In this document: in pieces, positions 17,572-25,348 of the stretch
How the letters are laid out: the number at the start of each line of letters is the position of its first letter
Position numbering within the stretch: the stretch's first letter is position 1
NCBI GenBank assembly: GCA_963755265.1
Contig: CAVWKV010000101.1
Span: 260 to 64,259 of the forward strand
Reading direction: 5' to 3'
DNA length: 64,000 nucleotides
Source: an uncultured Methanomassiliicoccales archaeon
GTDB lineage: Archaea > Thermoplasmatota > Thermoplasmata > Methanomassiliicoccales > UBA472
Program-made: the position numbers and the translations under genes
Notes under the pieces: generated by a model
What the model saw: only the letters and a program-made list of their open reading frames with translations
What the model was told of the DNA's origin: nothing
The model's database searches: none

Positions 17572-18794
17572 AGGCCCTCATCTTGGCCGCTGGAGAAGGT
17601 ACTCGGTTGAGACCATTGACGTCGAACACTCCCAAACCGCTCCTGCTGGTGGCAGGGAAGCCCTATCTGAGCCATCTTTTCTCAGCCCTTAGGGCCGCGG
17701 GCATCGAGGACATCGCCCTCCTGGTGGGCTTCAAGAGCAACCGTATCCGGGAGTGTTACGGAGAGGGTTCCTCGGAAGGTATCCGGATCACCTATCTAGA
17801 ACAAAAAGAGAGACTGGGCACGGCGAACGCAATCGGCGTTGCGGAGTGGATGATGGATGAAGACTTCGTTTGCATAAACGGCGACGTCGTACTGTCCGAG
17901 AAGGACATAGTGGACGTCGTGGAGGCCCACCGCCGGCACCACGGCACGATCATGGCCACCGTGACCGTCGAGGACCCAACTCGGTTCGGCGTGATCGAAG
18001 AGTCCAAAGGAAAGATGCTTAGGATAATAGAGAAACCGAAGGTGGCGCCCAGCAACATGATCAACGCTGGTCTTTTCGTTTTCAACCCTGAGGTATTCGA
18101 TTATATCCGAATGACGCAGAAGTCCCCCCGCGGCGAGTATGAGATCACTGACACGCTCAACATGATGGCGGCGAAGATCGATATCAACATCCATCGACTG
18201 AAAGGACCTTGGATGGACGTCGGGAGACCGTGGGACCTGCTCAAGGCGAATGAGATCCTGATGACCGGCATCCAACGCCGAATCGAAGGCATTGTAGAGG
18301 AAGGGGCCACGCTAAAGGGGAACGTGGTCGTGGAAAAGGGAGCCACGGTCCGCGCTGGAAGCTACATTGAGGGCCCTGTCTACATCTCTTCCGGATGCGA
18401 TATCGGACCGAATTGCTACATTAGGCCATCCACGTGCTTAGGCAAGAACGTCCGAATAGGGGCAGCGGTAGAGGTCAAGAACTCCATCGTCATGAACGGA
18501 ACTCACATCCCACATCATAATTATGTGGGGGACAGCATCGTTGGGGAACGGTGCAACTTCGGTGCCGGTACCAAAGTAGCGAACCTTCGTTTCGACAACA
18601 AGTCGGTGAAGGTCTCATTCAAAGGCGACTCGATTGACGCCGGAACAAGGAAGCTGGGCGTGATTATGGGCGATGACGTAAAGACCGGAATAAACAGCAT
18701 GATCGAACCAGGAACGATCATCTGGGAACGGTCCATCGTGGGGATGGGCGCGATCGCCAAGGGCGAGATCGGCCCGGACAGCCGGATATTCTAA
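17568..18794 (+). CDS. glmU: Bifunctional sugar-1-phosphate nucleotidyltransferase / acetyltransferase (archaeal GlmU-like)
   Basis: 408 aa from the internal ATG at 17568. MKALILAAGEGTRLRPLTSNTPKPLL, followed by a C-terminal left-handed beta-helix with hexapeptide repeats. Confidence 0.75.
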   Translation: MKALILAAGEGTRLRPLTSNTPKPLLLVAGKPYLSHLFSALRAAGIEDIALLVGFKSNRIRECYGEGSSEGIRITYLEQKERLGTANAIGVAEWMMDEDFVCINGDVVLSEKDIVDVVEAHRRHHGTIMATVTVEDPTRFGVIEESKGKMLRIIEKPKVAPSNMINAGLFVFNPEVFDYIRMTQKSPRGEYEITDTLNMMAAKIDINIHRLKGPWMDVGRPWDLLKANEILMTGIQRRIEGIVEEGATLKGNVVVEKGATVRAGSYIEGPVYISSGCDIGPNCYIRPSTCLGKNVRIGAAVEVKNSIVMNGTHIPHHNYVGDSIVGERCNFGAGTKVANLRFDNKSVKVSFKGDSIDAGTRKLGVIMGDDVKTGINSMIEPGTIIWERSIVGMGAIAKGEIGPDSRIF

Positions 18795-19183
18795 TCCAGG
18801 TCGACGACCTCCAGCTCGATCCGGTTACCTTCCATATCATACGCTTGCCAGCTATGCATGTCATACGGCAATTTCGTGATGATATGGGTGTTGCCAAAGC
18901 GGCGGAAAAGCTGAAGATCGGCCCCTGACCAATGGTTGCTCGGCCCAGGATGTGAATGCACGGTCCCAACCACGGAGTAGTCGATCGGGAGCATATGCAA
19001 GAACAGAGTGGCGTTGTCCTGTCCTTGGATCGTTCCAGGAAGGAATAGAAGCTCGGAGATCACGCCATCCTCCGCTCGCATCGCCGCTACGAACTCGTTC
19101 GGAAGGGACTGCTTGGCGGACTCGTTGATCATCTCCAGCACCTGCCGGTCGATGCCCCATACCTTCCTCTTCTTGGCTAGCAT
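18791..19183 (-). CDS. JAB1/MPN/Mov34 (JAMM) metalloprotease, minimal single-domain form
   Basis: 130 aa. Exact HxHx7Sx2D motif (HSHPGPSNHWSGAD) with an upstream Glu (NEFVAAMRAE). Overlaps the NAD kinase stop by 7 nt. Confidence 0.8.
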   Translation of the reverse strand: MLAKKRKVWGIDRQVLEMINESAKQSLPNEFVAAMRAEDGVISELLFLPGTIQGQDNATLFLHMLPIDYSVVGTVHSHPGPSNHWSGADLQLFRRFGNTHIITKLPYDMHSWQAYDMEGNRIELEVVDLD

Positions 19184-19986
19184 AACGATCCCATAAGTTT
19201 CTCGTGGGTCCGGGAGTAGAAGCTCCGACCAAATGACACGAACCGCGCCTTGTTCTCGGAGACACTGAACTCAACGGTCTCATTCCCAGCCATGGCCTCC
19301 TCCTCCTGCCCGTCCACCACGATCACGCATTCCTTGGGCCTGACCACCCTGAGAGTGATCTTGCTGGTCGACGGAACGACGACCGGGCGGGCAGCAAACT
19401 TGAATGGAGCCATCGGGGCGATGACCAGCGCCTCCACGCGTGGGTCGACCAACGGTGCTCCGACGCTCATTGCATAACAGGTCGAACCGGTCGGGGTGGA
19501 AACGATGATGCCGTCCGCCCTGACGTTTACTGCCAATTCGCTATCTACGAACACCTGAAAGTGACGGATCTTGGCGATATGGGCGGTGTGCACAACGGCC
19601 TCATTGACAGCGTCTGGCAGCCTCTTCTTGTTGATGGTGGTCTTCAGCTTTAGGCGGGAGACGACCTCATAATTACCCTTTAGGATGTTCTCCAATCCTT
19701 CCTCCAGCTCCTCGTCGGCCACCTCGGTCAGGAATCCGAGGTCGCCAGCGTTGATGCCGAAGATAGGTGCCTTATTATGCTGTGACGCCCTGAGAATGGT
19801 CCCGTCACCGCCCACCGTAATCATGATGTCGACGTCCATGTCGTCGACCTTCCAGCCCTTGCTCTTGAACCGTTCGGCGATCTCGCTCTCCAGCAGGACC
19901 TCATGTCCCTCCAGCAACTGCAGCGCCCTCTTGGCCAACCGAGGCGCGTCAGGCACGTCCATGTTCACGCTCATCCCGAACTTCAA
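19177..19986 (-). CDS. nadK: NAD kinase
   Basis: 269 aa. GGDGTILRA, NEAVV, TPTGSTCYAMSVGAP. Confidence 0.9.
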   Translation of the reverse strand: MKFGMSVNMDVPDAPRLAKRALQLLEGHEVLLESEIAERFKSKGWKVDDMDVDIMITVGGDGTILRASQHNKAPIFGINAGDLGFLTEVADEELEEGLENILKGNYEVVSRLKLKTTINKKRLPDAVNEAVVHTAHIAKIRHFQVFVDSELAVNVRADGIIVSTPTGSTCYAMSVGAPLVDPRVEALVIAPMAPFKFAARPVVVPSTSKITLRVVRPKECVIVVDGQEEEAMAGNETVEFSVSENKARFVSFGRSFYSRTHEKLMGSLC

Positions 19987-20804
19987 AGCAAGACCTCCTT
20001 CACCGCTTCATCGGCATAGGCAAGGAAATTGCTCCTCACCTTCAGGTCGAAGGGCATGTCCAACCGATTGCCCGAAAGGTCGATGATCTCCCCTCCGGCC
20101 TCACGCAGTATCAGTGCGCTGGCGGCGATGTCTATCACCCTGATGGATTTATCATAGCGGTCCGCGTTAAAATAATACCCGTCCGCACTGCCCTTGGCGA
20201 CCATGCACATCTCAAGGGACGCGCAACCCATGGAGCGGGAACGGTTAGACTTCTTGGTCACGTTATAGCATTCTATCTTGGAGTGCTTACCCATATAAAC
20301 GAAGAAAGTAGATTGCTTCTGAACGAATTTTCGGACCTTCATCCGGCATCCGTCCTGGAACGCCCCCTTTCCAGCCTCAGCATAGAACCTTTCGCCCGTG
20401 ACCACGTTCTGGACAATGCCAGCCTCCACATCGGACATGCTCTTCGTTCCGATGGCCATTGATACACTGTAAAAAGGGATGCCCATGACAGAGTTGTACG
20501 TGCCATCTATGGGATCGATTACCAGGGTCTTCTCCGCATGGTTGTCTATGTAACCTGCTTCCTCGCTTAGGATGTTCAAGGGGATGCCGTTCTTGCTGAT
20601 GTACTCAACAATGACGTCCTCGGCAACCTTATCTATGTTCAGGGTCGGCGTGCCGTCGGCTCCCATACAAAGTTCCTTCGACCGGTCGAAGTCCTTGGGC
20701 AGGGAGTTGACCTTCATCCGGACCCGCTCCGATATCGACTCTAATAGTTCCCGCATCATTCCTTGCAATGGCGTGAGCGGGATATAACCGTTGATGGTCG
20801 ACAA
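19983..20804 (-). CDS. Inositol monophosphatase / FBPase family phosphatase (possible NADP phosphatase)
   Basis: 273 aa. LVIDPIDGTYN, IDIAASALILREAGG. 4-nt overlap with nadK. The IMPase-NADK pairing mirrors the fused archaeal NADP phosphatase/NAD kinase. Confidence 0.8.
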   Translation of the reverse strand: MSTINGYIPLTPLQGMMRELLESISERVRMKVNSLPKDFDRSKELCMGADGTPTLNIDKVAEDVIVEYISKNGIPLNILSEEAGYIDNHAEKTLVIDPIDGTYNSVMGIPFYSVSMAIGTKSMSDVEAGIVQNVVTGERFYAEAGKGAFQDGCRMKVRKFVQKQSTFFVYMGKHSKIECYNVTKKSNRSRSMGCASLEMCMVAKGSADGYYFNADRYDKSIRVIDIAASALILREAGGEIIDLSGNRLDMPFDLKVRSNFLAYADEAVKEVLL

Positions 20805-20843
20805 CCAACAAAGTCACCAGCAAGAGGAGGGCAAGTCATAATA

Positions 20844-21266
20844 ATGCCCTTGTCCTTGATGCGTATCGTGCCGGAAACGTCGACAGCAAAGGAATGGATC
20901 GCCCATAAGGGAAAAGCTGCAAAGCTGGGCCTTACTCTGCGCCAGACTATCCTGAATATTCTGCCAGATGTCAAAGAGACACTGGACCTCAAGGCGGCCA
21001 TGGTCTCCTATGGGTTAGGCCCCGAATATGAGGACACCGTGATTATCCTCCGGTCAGATGGCCCCGCCTGGTCCTTGGGATTCTATCGTGGCCGGGAACT
21101 CCCCGATCCGAACCGACTGCTCAGAGGCAATGGCCGCCTGCATGCGGCCGTCAGCATCGCAGGAAGAGCAGATGTCGAGTCGGAAGCTCTGAAAGTCCTA
21201 TTAAAGGAAGCCTATAGGAGGGCGCTGGAGCGGAAAGAATTGCGGGAACGGTCGGACAGAGCGTAG
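20844..21266 (+). CDS. Hypothetical protein, DUF1801 (YdhG)-like
   Basis: 140 aa from the internal ATG at 20844. Pattern WSLGFYRGRELPDPNRLLRGNGRLHAAVSI resembles DUF1801. The call is from memory only. Confidence 0.5.
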   Translation: MPLSLMRIVPETSTAKEWIAHKGKAAKLGLTLRQTILNILPDVKETLDLKAAMVSYGLGPEYEDTVIILRSDGPAWSLGFYRGRELPDPNRLLRGNGRLHAAVSIAGRADVESEALKVLLKEAYRRALERKELRERSDRA

Positions 21267-21315
21267 AGCATGAAAATCATTTAGCGCCGGATTCAATTCG
21301 AAGTCGGGGCCTCGG

Positions 21316-21633
21316 GTGAACGGTATAAACGGACCGACTGGAAGCACCACGGGGATCGTCAGGAGGTCCGGTCGATACATGAACTCCGATCGGTCAAATA
21401 GGGACGAATCCTTGTGACATCGAACACGGACCGCGGGCTGGCCAGACGTTTTCTCTAAAATAGACAGATTGATAACCGAGACCGGAGGAATCTTATCCCA
21501 TGGGGCCATGGTGTCTCGTGAATATGGCATTTCGGCGGTCACCGCTGTGAAGGGCGCAACGAAAATATTCAAATCAGGGCAGCGATTAACCCTCAACGGG
21601 AACGAAGGCCTAATATACGTATCGGAAGGCTGA
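21316..21633 (+). pseudogene. Remnant of a PEP-utilizing-enzyme mobile (phospho-His swivel) domain with an in-frame TGA
   Basis: Not in the ORF track. Frame 1 reads NGINGPTGSTTGIVRRSGRYMNSDRSNRDESL-stop(21415-21417)-HRTRTAGWPDVFSKIDRLITETGGILSHGAMVSREYGISAVTAVKGATKIFKSGQRLTLNGNEGLIYVSEG. This matches the PF00391-type consensus (TETGGxLSHGAIVAREYGIPAV). No ATP-grasp or PEP-binding domain lies upstream. Confidence 0.55.
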
Positions 21634-21638
21634 TTTAT

Positions 21639-22544
21639 TTGGACTCAGACGTCATACACGAATTCGGTGAGAACAAGGACTGGAACGAGAGCTTCTACTT
21701 CAATCTCTACGATAGAGGCAACGACATTCTCGGCTTCATGCGGATTGGATTGGTGCCGAACAAGAAGGAGAAGACCGCGTTCTGTTTCTTCCTCATGCCG
21801 GATGGCTCGACCATCGGGACCAAGAGCAAGTCCGAGATGGCCGACAACGACCTGGTATCGGGCGGCCTGAGGCTCGAGAAGATCGATTCGGAAAAGAAAT
21901 GGGCGATAAGGTTCGAAGGAGAACTACCCAAACAATTGAAGGACGAGATATCCAAGGTCAACGTCAAGTTCGATCTGGAATTCGACGCCCTGAACGACAT
22001 GTTCGACTACCGCAACTGTGTCAGCGGAGAGAAGGAAAACACCTCCCAGAATGTCGCCCCGGAGCACTTGGAGCAGTATGGGAGGGTCAAGGGAACAGCC
22101 AAGATCGATGACCGCGAGTATGTGGTCGATGCCCTCGGCGAGAGGGACCACTCCTGGGGAGTACGCGACTGGTCCGCACCAGGCAGATGGGTATGGATTA
22201 CCTGCCAGTTCAACGAGGGATACACGTTCAACATCACCAAGCTCTACACCGACAAGGGAGAGGTTGACGCTGGATTCATCCATCAGGATGGGGTAACGCT
22301 GCCGATCGTCAAAGTGGACATGGCCCACGAGTTCGACGCCGAAGGCACCCCGAGCGAACTCTACCTGGCGATGTACGATAAGGACGGGGACGTTTATGGT
22401 GTCAAGGCGGTCGTGAAGCGCAAGGTGATACTGGCCATGAACGAGGATGAGAAGCGGACACCAGTCATCTTCGAGACCCTAGCGAAGTTCAAATTGGACG
22501 ACGACGTGGGCTACGGAGTGCTGGAGTACCTGCTCCGGAAGTAA
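21639..22544 (+). CDS. Hypothetical protein (301 aa) with WNESFYF and GERDHSWGVRDW motifs
   Basis: TTG start 5 nt after the PEP-domain remnant. Beta-rich composition. The motifs recall a lipocalin-like AttH/CrtC-type family, but I cannot confirm this. Confidence 0.6.
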   Translation: MDSDVIHEFGENKDWNESFYFNLYDRGNDILGFMRIGLVPNKKEKTAFCFFLMPDGSTIGTKSKSEMADNDLVSGGLRLEKIDSEKKWAIRFEGELPKQLKDEISKVNVKFDLEFDALNDMFDYRNCVSGEKENTSQNVAPEHLEQYGRVKGTAKIDDREYVVDALGERDHSWGVRDWSAPGRWVWITCQFNEGYTFNITKLYTDKGEVDAGFIHQDGVTLPIVKVDMAHEFDAEGTPSELYLAMYDKDGDVYGVKAVVKRKVILAMNEDEKRTPVIFETLAKFKLDDDVGYGVLEYLLRK

Positions 22545-22570
22545 ACCCCAACCTAATATCTTTTCAAGCA

Positions 22571-22813
22571 TCAGCGGGACTTGAAGGCGAACTCCCGGAT
22601 AAGCGATGTTATGCTCATACTGGCACCGTACTCGTCCCGCAATGCCTTCGCCTCGCGCTTCGGGAGACCGTTAGCAAGCAAAGTACGGTAGAATTCCTTA
22701 GATGCTTTCTTGGCCTTGATCTTGACACTCACATAGGAACGGAAAAGACGGTAGGCTAGCATGGGCATGCTCGCTACTATTACGATGACGGCTCCATCGT
22801 CCTGCCTGCTCAT
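22571..22813 (-). CDS. Small protein with N-terminal hydrophobic helix; C-terminus paralogous to the next ORF
   Basis: 80 aa. AVIVIVASMPMLAYRLF is a putative TM helix. EFYRTLLANGLPKREAKALRDEYGASMSITSLIRE aligns with residues in ORF 22854-23147. Confidence 0.5.
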   Translation of the reverse strand: MSRQDDGAVIVIVASMPMLAYRLFRSYVSVKIKAKKASKEFYRTLLANGLPKREAKALRDEYGASMSITSLIREFAFKSR

Positions 22814-22853
22814 TTCTCGTCCTCTTCCATGCTTTGGCGCATTTTCTCCCGGA

Positions 22854-23147
22854 TCATGCTGCCCCGCCTGCCTGGGATACGACGGTCATCTCCAGCAAAC
22901 CTCCAAAACTCAATGTCGACATGTATTCCTTCATCAGCTCAATCGCCTCATGGTTGGTCATCCCGGCGGCACGAAGCGACTTGTAGAACGCTGTTGCCGA
23001 TTGACCGAACCGCTCGCCTTCCTTAGTGCCATAAAGCACCTTGGTAATGCTCTCCATCAACCGGGGCACCTGTTTCGTCAATATCTCGAACGGTTTCCTC
23101 ATGCCCTCGACGTCGTGTATCATGTCATCGTTCGCCATTCTTTTCAC
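22854..23147 (-). CDS. Small soluble protein; C-terminus paralogous to ORF 22571-22813
   Basis: 97 aa. AFYKSLRAAGMTNHEAIELMKEYMSTLSFGGLLE shares about 11 identities over 32 residues with the neighbour. Confidence 0.5.
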   Translation of the reverse strand: MKRMANDDMIHDVEGMRKPFEILTKQVPRLMESITKVLYGTKEGERFGQSATAFYKSLRAAGMTNHEAIELMKEYMSTLSFGGLLEMTVVSQAGGAA

Positions 23148-23215
23148 ATTCTTTTCCTAAACTTGTTTCATCCTTCCAGACCAGATATCGACCATAACAT
23201 CATAGACCGGCCACC

Positions 23216-23668
23216 CTACTTGGTCAATCCGAGCATTTCTGACCATTTCCTGACCACCGCCTCAGAGATTTCATAGGTCTTTTCCTTCTTTCCCGCCCGC
23301 TCCACCACCATTCCCTGCCCAAGCAACTCGCCGAGTCGGTCCCTCACGATCCGCCTTGACGCACTTCCCCGTCGTTCCCTCAACTTGTCGGTGATCTCCG
23401 AGATGTTGAGGCCAGGCTTATCAAGCAGCAGCCGCATGATGTCCTTAGCGATGGGGTCCTTTACTCCGGGCAGGATGGTCTCTATTGATATCACGCCATG
23501 CCGCTGGTACAGGTCCATGAGCTTGAAGTACCTCTGGACCGTATCCTGGAAACGAGAGAGCTGTGCCACCAATTCTGAATATGGCCTAGCTACCTCCTGA
23601 ACGGCACTCTCCAGCTCCGAAATGCGAGCTGTGAGTTCCTCGATCTTCTTGGATTGATCCTCGGCCAC
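23216..23668 (-). CDS. Winged-helix DNA-binding protein with N-terminal coiled coil
   Basis: 150 aa. Heptad-like KKIEELTARISELESAVQEV, then a wHTH segment DIMRLLLDKPGLNISEITDKLRERRGSASRRIVRDRLGELLGQGMVVE. Confidence 0.7.
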   Translation of the reverse strand: MAEDQSKKIEELTARISELESAVQEVARPYSELVAQLSRFQDTVQRYFKLMDLYQRHGVISIETILPGVKDPIAKDIMRLLLDKPGLNISEITDKLRERRGSASRRIVRDRLGELLGQGMVVERAGKKEKTYEISEAVVRKWSEMLGLTK

Positions 23669-23718
23669 GTACGGTTATGGGGCTCAAAAGGGTTAAAAGG
23701 TTGGCGACCATCCATCGA

Positions 23719-24396
23719 ATGATGAGCGAGTCCGCTTTGCCAATCACCGAGACCCGGTTCGTTGGAGTGTTCTCCGACGGAAACCTACTGCTGACGAGGA
23801 ACGCGGTCCCAGGCAACCGGGTTTATGGGGAGAGGTTGTTCAACCATCAGGGAACGGAATACCGGGAATGGGTCCCCAACCGTAGTAAACTAGCCGCCTA
23901 TATCAAGTGCGGCGGCTCATTCTATCCGTTCAAAGAGGATTCGAAGGTGCTCTACCTTGGTGCTGCCTCGGGAACTACATCATCCCATGTTGCGGACATT
24001 GTGTCTCGAGGGGCGGTCTTCTGCGTCGAGATATCGCAACGCTCTTTCCGGGACCTGGTCAAGATCTGTGAAGTGCGGAAAAACATGATCCCGATCTTGG
24101 CCGACGCTACGAAACCGGATGAGTACGTTTTTGCGGTAGAATCTCCGACCATCGTCTACCAGGACATCGCTCAGAAGAACCAGGTTGGCATCTTCATCAA
24201 GAATATGAAGGCCTTCAACATTAAGAAGGGGATGCTGGTGATCAAGGCTCGGAGCGAGGACGTCACCAAGAACCCTCTGGAGATATTCCGAGAAGTGAAT
24301 GCGATCTTGGTCAAAGAAGGCTTCAGGGTTATTGATCTGGTCGATATCGACCGCTTTGAGAAGGACCACGCAATGATAACGGTCGAATCGAAATGA
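23719..24396 (+). CDS. flpA: Fibrillarin (rRNA/tRNA 2'-O-methyltransferase)
   Basis: RVYGERL, EYREWVPNRSKLAA, SAM motif VLYLGAASGTTSSHVADIV, ILADATKPDEY, VYQDIAQ. An alternative upstream ATG at 23677 would leave only 8 nt to the divergent gene. Confidence 0.9.
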   Translation: MMSESALPITETRFVGVFSDGNLLLTRNAVPGNRVYGERLFNHQGTEYREWVPNRSKLAAYIKCGGSFYPFKEDSKVLYLGAASGTTSSHVADIVSRGAVFCVEISQRSFRDLVKICEVRKNMIPILADATKPDEYVFAVESPTIVYQDIAQKNQVGIFIKNMKAFNIKKGMLVIKARSEDVTKNPLEIFREVNAILVKEGFRVIDLVDIDRFEKDHAMITVESK

Positions 24397-24794
24397 AGTG
24401 GGTATACGCAATCGGGTTCAAGGGCGACCGTTTCCTTATGGTCTATAACCTTAAAAGGGGTGGCTGGGAGATGCCTGGTGGCAAGGTCGAAGAAGGTGAG
24501 GACCCGAAGGATGCTTCAATCCGTGAGTTCAGGGAAGAGGCCGGGGTCCTGTTCCTGCCGGTTGACTGCATAGAGTACGAAGGTGGACTGGTGTTCGCCG
24601 GCGAGATCATCAACGACAACGGCAGCGGCGAGATGCAATGGCAACTGTTCAAGGAGTTGCCTGAAGGATTGGCATTCCCTGCGGTCGAGTATGAGGCGCA
24701 GCTGCGGTGGGCCAAGGACGCCCTCTCCGAGCAGCGCTCCGAACCCAGGACCGGGCCCGGGAGAAGACCCACGGCGAAATCAAGGATTAAATAG
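24393..24794 (+). CDS. Nudix hydrolase
   Basis: 133 aa. Nudix box GGKVEEGEDPKDASIREFREEAGV. ATGA overlap with flpA. Confidence 0.85.
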   Translation: MKWVYAIGFKGDRFLMVYNLKRGGWEMPGGKVEEGEDPKDASIREFREEAGVLFLPVDCIEYEGGLVFAGEIINDNGSGEMQWQLFKELPEGLAFPAVEYEAQLRWAKDALSEQRSEPRTGPGRRPTAKSRIK

Positions 24795-24882
24795 TAGTAG
24801 GCGAATTGGCTAACCCGCTTCGCCACTCGAGAACAATCTCGAATTAACTCTTTAGACTATACACATAACAAGGATGATGATT

Positions 24883-25341
24883 ATGGCAAGAATGCATGCC
24901 AGAAGAAGAGGCAAAGCCGGATCGGCAAGACCCATGGTCACCGAGAACCCTGAGTGGGTACCGGTTCCAAAGGATGAGATCTACCAAATGGTCGTGAAGT
25001 ACGGCAAGGAAGGGATGCCGACCGCGAAGATCGGCATGGTCCTGAGGGACCAGTATGCCGTACCGGACGTCAAGTTGGCGACTGGAAAGACGATTTTGCA
25101 GATCCTAAAAGAGAACAACATTGCGCCGAAGTTGCCAGACGATATGGTAGCGCTGATGAGGAAGGCTATCAACCTGAACGTCCACTTGCAGAATAACAAC
25201 AAGAAGGATCTCAGCAACGAGAGGGGCTTGCACCTCATTGAGGCAAAGATCCGGCGCCTTGTGAAGTACTACAAGCGCAACGACCTGCTTCCCCAGGACT
25301 GGCTTTACAGCCTGAAGAACGCTGAGCTCTTGATCGAGTGA
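24883..25341 (+). CDS. rps15: Ribosomal protein S15 (uS15)
   Basis: MARMHARRRGKAGS N-terminus and C-terminal LIEAKIRRLVKYYKRN. The ORF track starts 9 nt earlier (MMIM). Confidence 0.9.
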   Translation: MARMHARRRGKAGSARPMVTENPEWVPVPKDEIYQMVVKYGKEGMPTAKIGMVLRDQYAVPDVKLATGKTILQILKENNIAPKLPDDMVALMRKAINLNVHLQNNNKKDLSNERGLHLIEAKIRRLVKYYKRNDLLPQDWLYSLKNAELLIE

Positions 25342-25348
25342 TGGCGGA

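Noticed and set aside
21415-21417. In-frame TGA in the PEP mobile-domain remnant as selenocysteine or other recoding
   Set aside because: TGA is used as an ordinary stop by many genes here. No partner domains or start codon support a functional gene, and I see no SECIS-like element. A pseudogene or sequencing error is simpler.
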